This document shows, one piece after another, positions 40,818 to 53,086 of a stretch of DNA of 53,086 nucleotides. A program made the position numbers and the translations under genes. The DNA is taken from NCBI GenBank assembly GCA_900088475.1, contig FLMG01002566.1, positions 1-53,086 of the forward strand, given 5' to 3'. The notes under the pieces were generated by a model, which saw nothing but the letters and a program-made list of their open reading frames with translations, did no database searches and was not told the DNA's origin. The DNA comes from Hyphochytrium catenoides (Eukaryota; Protista; Hyphochytriomycota). Each line of letters starts with the position of its first letter. Within the stretch, counting starts at the first letter, position 1.

Positions 40818-43791
40818 ATGGCGACGCAGGTTCGGCAACTCAGTTCTGCAGAAGAGTTCAGCGCCTTCGTGAAGGACCAGATTTGCACAGTCCTCTGGTT
40901 CTGGGCGACATTCCATGAGGAGAGCAAGGATGGAGGGCAGTTAGACCAACTGGTGGGCCGCTTAGCGGCGCTCAATCCCAACCTTGGCTTCGCGAAGGTA
41001 ACGCACGTGGTCGAGTCAGCCCCGGAGCTTCGCGGCCCTCTCACCTGCGCTTGTAGGTTGACGCGGAGGAGGTCACGGAGCTGAGCGAGCGCTTCGAAGT
41101 CGCCGTCGTGCCCACATTTCTCTTCATGCAGGTATATTACTAGGTACCGCGTCCTCCGTATCACAACTCGCGCTGACTGGCAACGCTTGCAAGGGCTCCA
41201 ACGTTGTAGATAAGCTTGAAGGAGCCAACGTGAGCGAACTGGCCAAGAGAGTTGACCTCTTTAGTAAGAGTGTGGGAACGAAGAGAGATGCGAAGCAGAA
41301 AGCTGTGGCAACGAATGTAAGACGCCTTGGCGCACCTGTGGCGCTTTGTCGTGCGCTTAGTGCCTTCTAACTCGGCGACCCATCCAACAACAGGGAGCAG
41401 CAAAGAAGGATCTGAACGAGCGTCTAAGCCGACTGGTCAGGTAGGATAGCTTGGCGGCTTGATATCCCTCATCTGCGGGTGGAGACTTATTCTAATTCTA
41501 TTCAGAGCCTCGCCTGTAATGCTTTTCATGAAGGGAACGCCCTCAGAGCCAAAGTGCGGCTTCAGCAGACAGACCGTGGAGCTGCTCAATGCCGCCAAAG
41601 TTGCCTTTGGCTCCTTCAACATCTTGAGCGACGAAGAGGTTCGTCACTCTCTTCCAACTATCTTTCGGTCATGATTCCTGAAGATCCCTATACCGTCATA
41701 TACTGCTTTCTACCTTATGGCTGCAAAGTGCTGCATCTTCACTTTCTCTCCTCCTCTCTATGGCTTGCTTTAGATCTATGGCTTGCTTTAGAAGAGATGG
41801 CTTCCTTACGCTTCTTACAGGTCCGGCAAGGTCTCAAAGAGTTCTCGAATTGGCCAACCTATCCACAACTCTATGTACGGGGAAAGCTTATTGGAGGTCT
41901 CGACATTTTGAAGGAGATGAACGAAGAAGGCAACCTGAAGGAGCAGCTTGGCCAGGATGACATGGAAGGTAAGGGCGATCCAAACTGGACGGATGGAGAG
42001 CAGGAAGAGCGAGAGGGTAGAAGAAGAGAAAGTGTTGATAGGACCAAAGGGCCTGTAAAATCTAGCCGGAGCATCGCCACCGATTCTAAAGCAGTGGCCG
42101 TTGTTCTCCCCACAGAGGAGGTCAGCTTGGAAGATCGACTGAAAGAGTTGGTCAATGCAGCGCCCGTTATGTTATTTATGAAGGGGACGCCACAGGTCTG
42201 CCCAGAACTCTCTTTTCTTGTCTCTCTCCCATCTTCTTTCTCTTCACTCTGTCTTCGTCTTACCTCCTGACAAACGCTATGTTTACGTTCTCTATGAAGC
42301 AGCTACTGCCGCTCTCGCTATCTATCTTTTGGTTAATATAATCAGGACTTGCGGCCTTGCACCTCCTCTCAAGTAGCTTACCTTTGTCCAGGAACCTCGA
42401 TGTGGCTTCAGCAGAAAGATGGTACAACTTCTAAGAGACCATCAGGTTGCGTTCAGCGCGTTTGACATTCTTTCCGATGAGGAGGTAAGCATCGTTGGGC
42501 GCTGGTTCAGCCGAAGCTACCAATGGATCCTGCTCTTCCTAACGCTTTGTGAGGTTCAATGCAGGAGTTTTCTTTTTGTCCTAAAGGCTTCCTTCATCTA
42601 GATTTATTGCTCTTCTCATGGTCTTCTGGTGGAAGGTTATTACATTGCTAAGGTCTTTCTGATGTTAGGTCCGTCAAGGGCTGAAAGAGTTCTCAAATTG
42701 GCCGACATTTCCCCAGTTGTATGTGAAGGGCAAGCTCATTGGAGGCCTTGATATAGCCACTGAGATGGCGGTATGTGGAGCATCTGAAGCTTCCGCGGGC
42801 AGATGAGTAGAGTAGAATTGGGGACTGTGGATTGTATAATGTCGAAACCTGCCAGTAGGGCCGTCACGGATATGAGAAAGCAAATCAATGGGCTGGAGCC
42901 AAGAAGGCGATGCCAAAGTGAGGAAAAAGTGGGAGGGTTTGACGGTCATCGGACTGACGATAAGGCAACCCCGAGAAGGTAGTGCAGGGAACTAACGAGG
43001 CATCTTGACAGGAGGAAGGCGATCTTGCGAATCAGCTCGGCCTTGAGCCGAAGGGTAGCAGCAAGCAGACGGAGAAGAAAGAAGACCTAGCCAAACTGGT
43101 GAACAGAGGCAGAGTCATGTTGTTCATGAAAGGTAAGGATGGGGCCGTGGGCATCAGCGACGAGTGTGTACGCTAGTCGGAAGAAGAGATCCCATTTGGG
43201 TGTGGTGGTGTGGTGAGGAGGAGATGACTGGTTCTCTAGCGGCAGAGCATAGACAGAGACCTTTCCAGGGAAGTGTCCCCGCACCATTGTGAGGTCAGTT
43301 CCCCGGACTGAGGCGTCCATGAGCAGGCTCCCCTCAGGCTCCAAAGTGCGGGTTTAGCAGGCAGATAGTGGAAATCCTGAATGAGGAAGGCTTCCAGTAT
43401 GACTCTTTTGATATCCTCACGGACGAGAACGTAAGAAATCTTCGACGTACCAGTTTCTCCCACTCTGGGGTGTGATGTGTCTCCCTCTTTACTTTGTTTC
43501 TTGGCCCTTCTTGTCACTCTTTGCTCGGCTATTTGCAAGCCATCATTGGGTTCTACAGAGTCGTCCGCCTTTTCTCTCTCGTAACTCCATCATGAAGCTC
43601 AGCAGGAACTCAATTTCTTGCTTTAGGTACGTCAAGGGCTGAAGGAGTTCTCGAAGTGGCCGACTTTCCCTCAGCTTTACGTTGACGGGAACTTTATTGG
43701 AGGGTTGGACATAGTGAAGGAGATGCGGGATGAGGGAGAGCTTCAAGCGCTCAAAGAGCCTAACGAGAATCGCACCGTCTTGCCTTCCTAA
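40818..43791 (+). CDS. GLRX3: Multidomain monothiol glutaredoxin: Trx-like domain + three CGFS Grx domains (GLRX3/PICOT/GRXS17 type)
   Basis: Trx-like [34 protein letters not shown]; three repeats VMLFMKG(T/S)P..P(K/R)CGFSR..F(N/D)[16 protein letters not shown](Y/F)PQLYV.G..IGGLDI. Confidence 0.93.
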
Positions 43792-44219
43792 CCCAGTAAT
43801 GCATCACTTTACTAATAAACATCAATGGGAGGCCCATAGCATCCTTAGTGAGAGAGAGAGAGCCCATTTTCCTATATATATATAAATATGAACAGTGTTG
43901 CCCAGAACGGGATACAAGCAACGGAGCTCAACTGAAGCATCACTCTTGCTGTTGCGTCTCTCTCCCAGCCCCTTTGGCTTGCCTGAAGGTAAAAGAGCCC
44001 ACTTGTCCCTGCTGGTGGACGGATAAAATGGAGATCATCCGAGCTCCGACCTCCGCCCTATTCAGCAACGAAGATGCGGTGCGCCTATGGTACAAAGTAG
44101 CGAAGAGTGGAGAAGACGCTGTTCATTTCTGTTCCCCTTGTGCCGATAGCCTTCTGCCTCATTCAAGCCTGTCAGTCCTGAAGGTACAAGACCGTGGGGT
44201 CTTTCTTCCTCTGACCTGG

Positions 44220-47200
44220 CTACGCCCAATTTTTATAAATCTCCTTCACATATTCTGACTGCAGGTGGTTGAGCCCGATATATCTGTCAGGAAGCCTAAC
44301 TCTATAGTCCGCTCCTAAAGTGCGGTGCGGAGAACGGAATATACTAAGATTAACCCGCGGTGACTGCCTCCAGTGATCCCGTACTTCATGTCAAGAGATA
44401 GTATCAGAGCAGGGCAGGAGAGAAAGAGAGAGCGTGAGAGGGAGAGAAAGCGTGAGTGAGAGAGAGAGAGAGAGAGAAACGAAGCACCGATCTGAGGAAT
44501 AGCAGAGATGCAGAGACGGCAGTCACTTATGAACTACAAGAAGTGTCGGCAAGAGACAGTCCAAACGCATGTTAAACGGATAATCGTAGGTAGCGCGCTG
44601 TAAGCAGCCTGATGCAGAACGTCAAAGGCAGACGGTTCGTGGTCAGCTGACTTACTTGGTGACCTCTGAGGTTGAATGGTGGCGACAAGCTTCCGATAGC
44701 CGGGATGATGGATGCTGTCCACGTCGAAGTGTTCATCTACAGTGTACTGCTGGGCGGGAGACGGAGAAAGAGGGACAGTGAGGCAAGAGAAGCATTGAAC
44801 AGGGGGAACGAGGTGAAGAGTTGACCCGAGCAGATTTTATGAAAGAGGTGTCCCAGTCCCTTACCTGCTTAGCCGCAGGGACTCTTGGACCGTTGCCATT
44901 TGTGACTATGGGGGCAACTGTGGCCTTACGCCTGAACGATGGAAGAGCTTGAGGTTAAGAACAAACAGAGAGAGAGGCAAAATGGGCTCTAAGTGTATCG
45001 ACTTTACCTAAACGCTAAGGACTGCTGAGGAGGCTGCGGCTCTTGGTCATCCCCTAGGGAGCGATGTAAGTGGAGGAAAGACGGTAGCAGTCGGAGCTCG
45101 CCATTATCCTTACCTCCGAGCTGTGAAGGACTGTTAAACACAAAGTCTCTTAGGGGCTGCTCTTGGTTTTGTGCCCTCACGAACCAAAGCGGCGCCGTCT
45201 GGGAAGACGGGGAGCGTCCCCGTTTTCGAGTGAGGGAGGACGTCGGGGCGGTGATAGATGGTGCTGGAGCCCATGCGCTCGTTGGTCTCTGCTCCTTGGT
45301 CCGTCCCGCGCTCCTTGAGTTCAGAGGCAGATCAGTTAGAGCAGCCGTTAAAGCTGTTATTAGGGGTTGATGCCAAGTGAAGAGTGAGGTAAACGGAAGA
45401 GCCAGACAAGCGGCGGACGTTACTGAGAACTGGACAGGGACGGAGGTGCCCGAAAGTTACAGAAAGGGCGTACGACTGCAAGGTGCAGCAACTGAGGGAT
45501 AGAAGGAGCCGGAGAAAGAGAGAGAGTTTGCTTCGTACCGATAAAGCAACCTGAGCTTTAACCTGACAGCACAAGAAGTTGGCAATTTGGCTCGAGATCT
45601 GCTCTCAGGAGCTTTTAGAGGGAACCACTCAGCGTGTCTTTTCTAATGGATGGGCGATGTCAGCCTCTGGTAGCGAGTGGTAGAAGGACGACTAAGGAAA
45701 GAAGAAGAGGGCTAAAAAGAGAGAGGATAATAAAGGATGTAGAGGCGGGAGAGATCATGTACCTGGTCCAACAGCCTCTGAAAGCCAACTCGCGCCTCAC
45801 CAATCATCTCGTCGCGGCCAGACCGAGAGTCTTGCATGACTCGGACCACGAGAGTTGCCTGTGTTCGAAAGAAGAGCAGATGTCTATGTCTTTCTGGGGT
45901 TATCAGGACTAACTTCTTCCTCCACAGACCCCACAACGAAAAACCTTGCCATTGGCTGGAGCTTACCTCATAGCTGAGGATAGGGCTGATGGTGAACGAC
46001 TGGTTCCATTGAGGGTAGAGATCGTCATACTTCGTGTCAGTCCTATAGGCCTGACGCGTTTCAGCTCCAGTTCTCCTTCTGGCGCTCTCATCCATATCGC
46101 TGGTGCCTAGAGCTGAAGATGGCTCAACTGCCAGGAGAACGTAGGGATCCGCCTGGGCAGGAGAGCGAATGATAAGCCCAATCTACCCTATTCTTGCTAG
46201 ATCAAACGGGGTTGATGTCGACCACGCTTTTGTTCGCATCCTTCGCCCTCTAAAGCCTGAAAAGCTTGGATGTCCATCCTTCAACGATGTATAATCGCTT
46301 GCGACGTTCTTACCTTTGCAAAGAGTTTCTTCATATTTGGCAAGTCTCTGGCGCTGATCACCGTCACCTCGAGTCGCGCAAGGCTCCTCCCTTCTTCGTC
46401 GACGTCTATTCCTTCTGCCACCACAGGTGCTGTGGACGGGGCCGTGGGAGGCTCTGCACTCATAACAGGAGCAATGAATTGAAGAATGGAGCAAAGTAGA
46501 AAGGAAACACAGGAGGCATACGGAAGGCAAGTCGAGTTACTGAATATTCCCCCAAGCAGCAGATGAGAGTAAATATTAAGAGGTGGAACGGGAGTCGTGA
46601 GTGCAGTGAGGAGAACAACATACCATCAACATGTTCTTGCGCTTGTTCCTCCTGCAGGAGACTTCTGCGCAATGATAACTTCGGCGTAGGGACCTCTGAA
46701 AAACTGAGACATTAAAAGAAGTCAGTACTAAAGGGACGGGAAGTTGGCTCAAGAAAGCAGAGGAGTTTCATAATAACGTACGATTCCTGCTGTGTTGGCT
46801 TGTCTATTCCTCCCGTCAAGAGCTTGACGGGCTCTGTGTTGACCGCCTTATCCACTTTTCGCAGCGGACTTTGAGTCTTATGCAGTTCTTGATGAAGATT
46901 CGGGAAGAAGCGGAATGGCTTTAGGTGTATCAAAAGAAAGAGAAACGTGCAAAGGTTAGAGGAAATATTTGTACCTGCTTCTCTCTGGGCTCTTCTGCCA
47001 ACCTTTGCTTCCCACTCCTTATAGCGCACTTCCCAGGAGTGAGCTAGTCTACATAGAGGAGGGGTGAGGTTGAGCAAATATTTGGAGGAGGTCTTTAGCC
47101 CCTAAATAGCCGCTTCACTTTCCTTCTTCACCGTTTACGTCTCTCTCCTCCCTCAACCTTCTCTTGGTGTCGCCCTCGGACCTATAAGTGTTGATCAAAT

Positions 47201-50200
47201 GCAATCCTAGGGTTCCTTCCTCTCTTGATCCCTCTATTACCCCTTTTACAAAGCCCCATTCGGGCCTCTGAGCTCAGGCTTTTCCAGCTAGGGTTAAGAA
47301 CTTCACATCATTCGGACCTTTCCACCTCTTCCTTCGCCTCCTTTAGCATCTGTTCTTCTGCTTCCAACTGCTGTTTCTCTAGAATAGACCTTCTGCTGAG
47401 CATCAGCTCTAGATTGGTCTCCAAAACTCTCTGCTCCAAGAGACAAAATGCATATAGACGTGAAAAGATCAGATCCCTTCACCTATAGTAACTCTCCGAA
47501 TCCCCTTAACCTCCTTGCTGAGGTTGCCGTGCATTGCGCCCGCCCTGCAGCTGTCTATAACTGTTCTCCTCCCCTTACAAACATTACAATCTCTCTTTAG
47601 GCATATCGCTATCTTAAGTCTTAAGAACTGTCCTCAGATCCATTCTTACCCTACCTGCCGCTCTCTTTGCTCCTCCAGCTGTAGTCTGAGGGCCTTAAGT
47701 GCCTCATCATCCACATCTTGGGAGCTTAACGTTGTCCGCAGGAACCCGTTGGCGGGAGAAAAAGGAGAGAAGGAAAGTGTGGGAGGAGCTGGGGAAGAAG
47801 CAAAGGAACGGGAAGGTTCGGAGGGCTCCTGGAGGAGGCCACTGGAGACTGGAAGGTTGGACTCCATATCCTTCGAGCCATTCACGTCTCCGGAGGTCTC
47901 CGATTTCCGCCGCTCCGTGCCCTGTGCACACTGTGAGGGACACAGGAAAGATTAAGTAGAATGACTTCAACGGGGGGAAGTGAGACTGGCAGAGACAGGG
48001 TAGAGTAAACGCGAGTACGGGTGAACCGTATGGAAGTTGAAGGAACTCTAAAACAGAAGTTAGCTGATTATACCGGGCGAATCTTCAGCTCTATCTCTGC
48101 CTGTGCTCCAGTAGACAGCTGGAGAGAATGCCGCTTTCCTTGAAGTGTGATTTGAGGCTGTGAATCTCTGCCAAACTCTGCCGGAAGTGCAGATGTTTGC
48201 ACAGGTCCATCCTTCTCCAAGTGAGTAATTTCTTCCCTTTGCTCCTTCTCGACGCCCACGCTGGCGCTTGGGTTCTCTTGCTCTATTTCTCCATCGTCTC
48301 TCGGATTACCATCTCCTCCTTCAAGCTCTTCCTTGGCCATGGCTGAGGCAGAAGGCGTCATAACGCCAGTGTTCTTTCCTCTAAGTCGAAAGTTTGTCGG
48401 CGACTCTAGAGCCTCACCACCATTTGCGGTCGGCGCACTGACGAAGTAGGAAAGAGCGAAAAGAGGACCGAATGCGTAACTCAAAAGATGGTTGCGAAAA
48501 GGAAGCAAGCTAAAAGAACCAAGGAGCCATATTAGAGAGAGTAAGAAGACATATCAGCTGCATTGAGGACGACGGTGAAGAAGACAGACCAGAGAGAAGA
48601 GATGGATGCATACATTGTGACGGGTTCCGGCCGGCTCAAGGGGCGGTGAGCTCGAGCTTGCGCATAAGAGAGGGACTCCCGCTGCGCCTGGAGAAGCAAA
48701 TCCTGCTCTCTTAATAACGTGTCTCGATGCTTCGTTGCCTGTTTAGCCACCCTAGCTTCCAGCTGCGCTATCTGCACGCAGGCAGAAGCCCACGGTACGG
48801 TGTGGGTTAGCAACAGGTTTGAGGAGGAGGAGCATATCAGACAATGTATACTTTTCAGGCAGCAGAAAAATGCAAGGTAGAGAAGTCATTGTCTTAAAAT
48901 AAAGGATGGCCACGTCCCCCTCCTTGCCATACCTCCGTCTGGGTCCTTAGTTGCTGGTTCTCCAAGGTATGGAGTCCATCCGCAGCCTGAGCTAACTGCT
49001 GCTCCAGTTCTAGCTGATCTTCTATCTGGCCCTCCTCGCAAACCTAGTGGTCGTACCAAAATCAAGACAGAAGGTCACTAAGGAATCGAGCAAGCCATCA
49101 GGCATTTAAACCTCGAAACCCCATTGCAGCTTTCTTTCATGCTCTCATCATCGTCAGCCTAGGACCATAAGCCATGCTGCCATTATTTCTCTACGTCTAA
49201 ATTCTGACTCTCCAATAAATTGCTCTCCCTTATGTCCTGAGTGGCTGTGACGTGGGGACTCACCTTCAAGTTCCGCATTCGTAGGACCAGCCGACGGTAG
49301 AAAGTCTCAGCGTCTTCCCCTGCAAACCTTACGAGGGTTCCGCCTCCAGCCGCCCCTGTGGGAATTTCCTCGCCTCCGTTTGCTGTCTCCTCCGCTAGCT
49401 TCCTTCTTTCCCACTCCTCTAACGACCTCTTCAGCTGCACCCTCGGATCTAGGCTCTTTGCAATGCCCCTGTCATCTCTCTCGGAAGAGGTCTCTAGCAC
49501 TAGAATCTGGGCCTCAAGCTCTGCAATGTCCTTCAGAGCTAACGAAAGAGCTTGAGACACATCAGCCGCTTCGTCCTGGGATCTTTGCAGTTGCTGAGAG
49601 AGCATCGTGATGCTGCTGTCGAAGACAGTTAACGGTTCCTCGTCGTGCATTCTTCCCTCGGATGAAGAGGGATCTCCGGAATGGGAATCCCCAAAGCTTG
49701 GTCCCATGACAAGAGATTCAGTGCGAGCGACGAGCTTCTCCTGAATCTTTTCCATCTTCTTCTCAAGAGCTTCTTTCTGCATCTGCAAGACCGATAGAAG
49801 CAAGGAGCGGCGCCCATTGTGGAGAGAGACGAAAAGAGTGAGTCCACTGTAAGCCATTGCAAATAAGAAAAGCTAAGGTCTACCCCAGCTACATCGGTAT
49901 ATATGGATAGAAAATGGGCTGAACCAAGGAAGGTGAAAGGAAGCCAAGTCTGCGACGAAAGTATGTGACCATGCACCGAAGAGTCTATGGTTCGGCCCAG
50001 CGAGCCCATCATCAACCCCAGCTCGCATTCTTGCTGTGATCACTCGGTACATCAGTTCCCCTCCTCTACAGCCTTCATCTCTAGCACCCAGGCGACTGCT
50101 CCCAATATTCTCTGAGTCTCTCATGTTCTCACCTTTAGCTTATCACGAGACCTAAGCCTTGCTACCAGCTCTTTCTTGATAAAGTCCAAGCTCAGCTCTT

Positions 50201-52453
50201 TCTCAACATCAATATCTGGAACCTTTCCGCCTAGCTCTGCGGCCACTCGCTCTCTTTGACTGCCCACTCGAGAGAGAGAGGTGCGAGTAGCTTGCACTCG
50301 TTGGTTAAGCTCTGCACGCTGACGCTTTAGCTCTGACTGGCGGCGTTGTAGACCCAGAGCTTGCTGCTGAAGCTGAAGGTAATGAAATTGAAGTGCGTGG
50401 ATGACTTCCTCTTCTTTTCCTTCCGTTACCAGAGACGCAGGTGCATTCTTATCTTCCTCTCCGTTTTCTCTCTCTTCTTTCTTTATGTGTCGCGAAGAAT
50501 GGTCTTCGTAAGGCTTTGAGGTTGAGAAATCTTCTATGGCGGTGGACCTCGATGTCTCCAACGGTAAGAACTCTTTATCACCTCTTACCACCTGTGGCGG
50601 CTGAGGGGTTCGAAGAACAGGACTTAGTAGGGTCGGAGTCCCTGGGAGTGAAAGGGAACCGTCTCCTCTCCCAACAGAGAGAGAGAGCGACGAGCGTCGG
50701 GACCGATCAGGAGTAGAGAATGCTTGCGAGTCTACCCGGAGGAAGGCCAACTCCTGTTCCAACTGAGTGAGTTGAGAAGTGGCGTCGGTCCACTCCTTTG
50801 ACTTGTTAAGAAGGAGCTGCTGTTTGACGCTCAGCTCTCTCTTTAGCCGCGTATTTTCCTCTTTGAGTTTCGAGGAAAGAAGCATTGCCTCGTCTGCCTT
50901 TCTCTCTTCTTTCTCTCGCGCCAACCGCACTTGCTCTTCAGTGTACGACTTACCAAACCGCTGAAGAGCCTCTTTTCTAAGATCGGCTGTGACAGCTTCA
51001 CAATCGAGGGATGAGAGGGAAGAGAGAGAGAAGACTACGAAAGAGCGGTAGTGCTCTAGTCTGGCAATAGGGTTGGTAGCGAGAGAGAGATGCATAAGAT
51101 TCGAGAGATGCGCCAGGTGCTTTACCTCCTTGATGACCAAGAGATTGTTTCCAGACAGGTCCAGGGTTTGGAGGAGGGAGAGCGCGGAGATATCCTTTGG
51201 TATCTTCGTTATGAAGTTACCACTGAGATCTAAGACTTTCAGAGAAGAGAGCGAAAATACGTTCTCTATGACTTTGATATTGTTCCTAGCAAGGTGGAGC
51301 TCCTCCAAGAGAGAAAGACACTCTAGGTTGTCAATCCGGTATATCTGGTTCCCGCTGAGAATGAGTTTGGAGAGGTTCCGAAAAGCGTTCAGAGCAGGGA
51401 TAGCTTTCAGGCGCATCGGCTCTCCAAGCGGGGAGTTCAGGTCCAAGCTTTTCACTGTTAAAGGCTCAGTGGACCCCACGATATTCCTACAAGAAGGAGA
51501 ACGATTGAAGAAGAGTAAACGAAAGCAGAAAGAGAGAGAGAGACAGAGAGAGAAAGAGAGAGAGACGAGAGTGAGTGAAAGAGAGAGGGGAGAAGGCAGA
51601 AAGGAGCGGGAAAGCGGGAGTACCAGAGGAGATCAGAAATGGCAGGGAACGGCAAGTCATCGTCAACCTCAGACTGAAAAAAGCAAGAGGAGGGCGGTGT
51701 GGCAAGACAGCGGGCGCGCGGGCTCCGCGTCAGGATGTGTAGAGATGCAGACAGTGAGGAACCATCGGAAGAGGTCGAGAGAAATTGTGCCTTGACAAAA
51801 GACCGGGAGACACAAGCAACAGTGATAAGATGGAGATCTTTTAGCTAGCCCTCAGCATAAGAAACAATAGATACAAGGAGGATGAAAGGGGAAAAGACCG
51901 CGTAGTGATTGAAGGGTGGACACAGGAGGTTACGTTTGACTCGGGACACAAAGACTGGATCAGAAAAGTGGAAAGTGAGGAGGAAGGAAGGAGAGTATGC
52001 AAGACCGGGGGCGAGCTAAGATAGAGGAACCCGCGAGAGGAAGAAAAAGAAAGAGTTGAAGAGAGACAGAAGGAGACGAGAGAGGAGGGAGCTAGCTCCA
52101 GAGATGAGACAAGAAAGACTCGATGAGTGGAGGGGAAGATGGAAGGGAAGGGGACTGCGATGTTGCATCGCTCACCTAAGGACATCTGCGAGTTTCCGGC
52201 CATGGAACATGACCTTCCTGTCCTTCTTGAACAGAAGCTCCCCATCTTCTGGCACCGGATGCTGCTTTGCCGCAGCTGAAGGAGGGAGAGCGGGATTCTG
52301 GGCCTCACTCTTCTCACTGCTGCCTCCTTCTTGTCCTAAGCTCTGCATCTCCTCCAAGCTGCACACCATAGAGCCAAGACCTGCTCCTCTTGCCGTCCTT
52401 TCTCTTTCTACTTTTCCTACCAGCGGAGATATATCCGCACATGTCGGCAACAT
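44220..52453 (-). CDS. Centriolin-like protein: SDS22-type LRRs + LRR cap + long coiled coil + C2 domain, multi-exon (start and end approximate)
   Basis: LRRs (LILSGNQI, LHLARNNI, LDLSGNFI, LDLSGNNL), cap NPIARLEHYRSFVVFSL..LD..VT..RKEALQRF, then LEQELAFLRVDS resembling centriolin LEQELAFYKID. Downstream coiled-coil exons and a C2 domain (LEVTVISARDLP..YRT...DLYPQWNQSF..DEMIGEARV). Confidence 0.75.
44418..44477. repeat. Imperfect (GA)n microsatellite (probably intronic)
   Basis: Visible run. Confidence 0.85.
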
Positions 52454-53068
52454 CTTTTATAGACAAGAGCTGCCATCTGGTCCGAGCGATCCTGATCTCT
52501 TCTCAGCACGCCTTGCTCTCTTCATCTCCTCTTATCGATAGCGACCTGCAAGCCTGGGAGGACCTCCAGAGGGCGGAGGCGCCGCCATGGAGAAGAGGCG
52601 ACGTTCCCCGCCTACTCTCCATCGAGAAATCGCGCTAGAGGTATACCGGGTAGGGACCGAGGAACGGACAAGTGAGAGCTTTGGATACTTGAGGAGGAAA
52701 GCGCCCTGTGGCCCGACCCACTCTCCTGGGTCTCTTCTATCAGCAGACAGCGCCACTAGACGAGAGGGAGCTAGACTCGTCAGCTGCTAGGCCAAAGGGC
52801 ACCACCTCAGTCTGCAGAGCAGCCAGGATAATTCTGATCAGTGGAGAGTTAGCATGAGCTGAGGGGAAAGAAGGCTGGATCGTCAGCATTCAAGTGCCGG
52901 AGGTCCAACTGAGGATGAGGAATCTGGGCAACAACAAAGCGACGAAGAGAGACCACAGAGTGGCACGCCAATAGAAGAGGAGAAAGAGAGAGAGTAACAG
53001 AGGCAAAGGCAACCGAGGGAAGAGGCAGGAGGAGATGAGGGTCATGCTGTCATGCTCTTGGGCCATCA

Positions 53069-53086
53069 TCTCTCTCTCTCTCTCTC
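53069..53086. repeat. (TC)n at window end
   Basis: Visible run. Confidence 0.85.

Noticed and set aside
51073-51795. 240-aa plus-strand ORF
   Set aside because: Antisense to the LRR exon and a CT-rich intron.

Overview
Eukaryotic, intron-rich nuclear DNA (GT-AG introns, standard code, many GA/CT microsatellites, two N gaps), probably from a stramenopile with centrioles/flagella (inference from protein motifs). The first ~8 kb is a field of decayed Ty1/copia LTR-retrotransposon fragments in both orientations, ending close to a tRNA-Gln(CTG) gene. A compact gene-dense block follows: NDUFAF5 (+), NDUFB2/AGGG (-), a CAMK-group kinase (+), a class-3 lipase (-), proteasome ATPase RPT3/PSMC4 (+), NDUFAF7 (-), a FAIM1-like-domain protein with an endocytic-adaptor-like tail (-), an intronless P4-ATPase flippase (+), a Trx+3xGrx monothiol glutaredoxin (+) and a centriolin-like LRR/coiled-coil/C2 protein (-). 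Best leads: three complex I genes within 20 kb, the FAIM1-adaptor/flippase divergent pair, a candidate H/ACA snoRNA, and one intron position repeated in all three Grx domains. Exon structures were spliced by eye and family assignments rest on recalled motifs; no database search was run.
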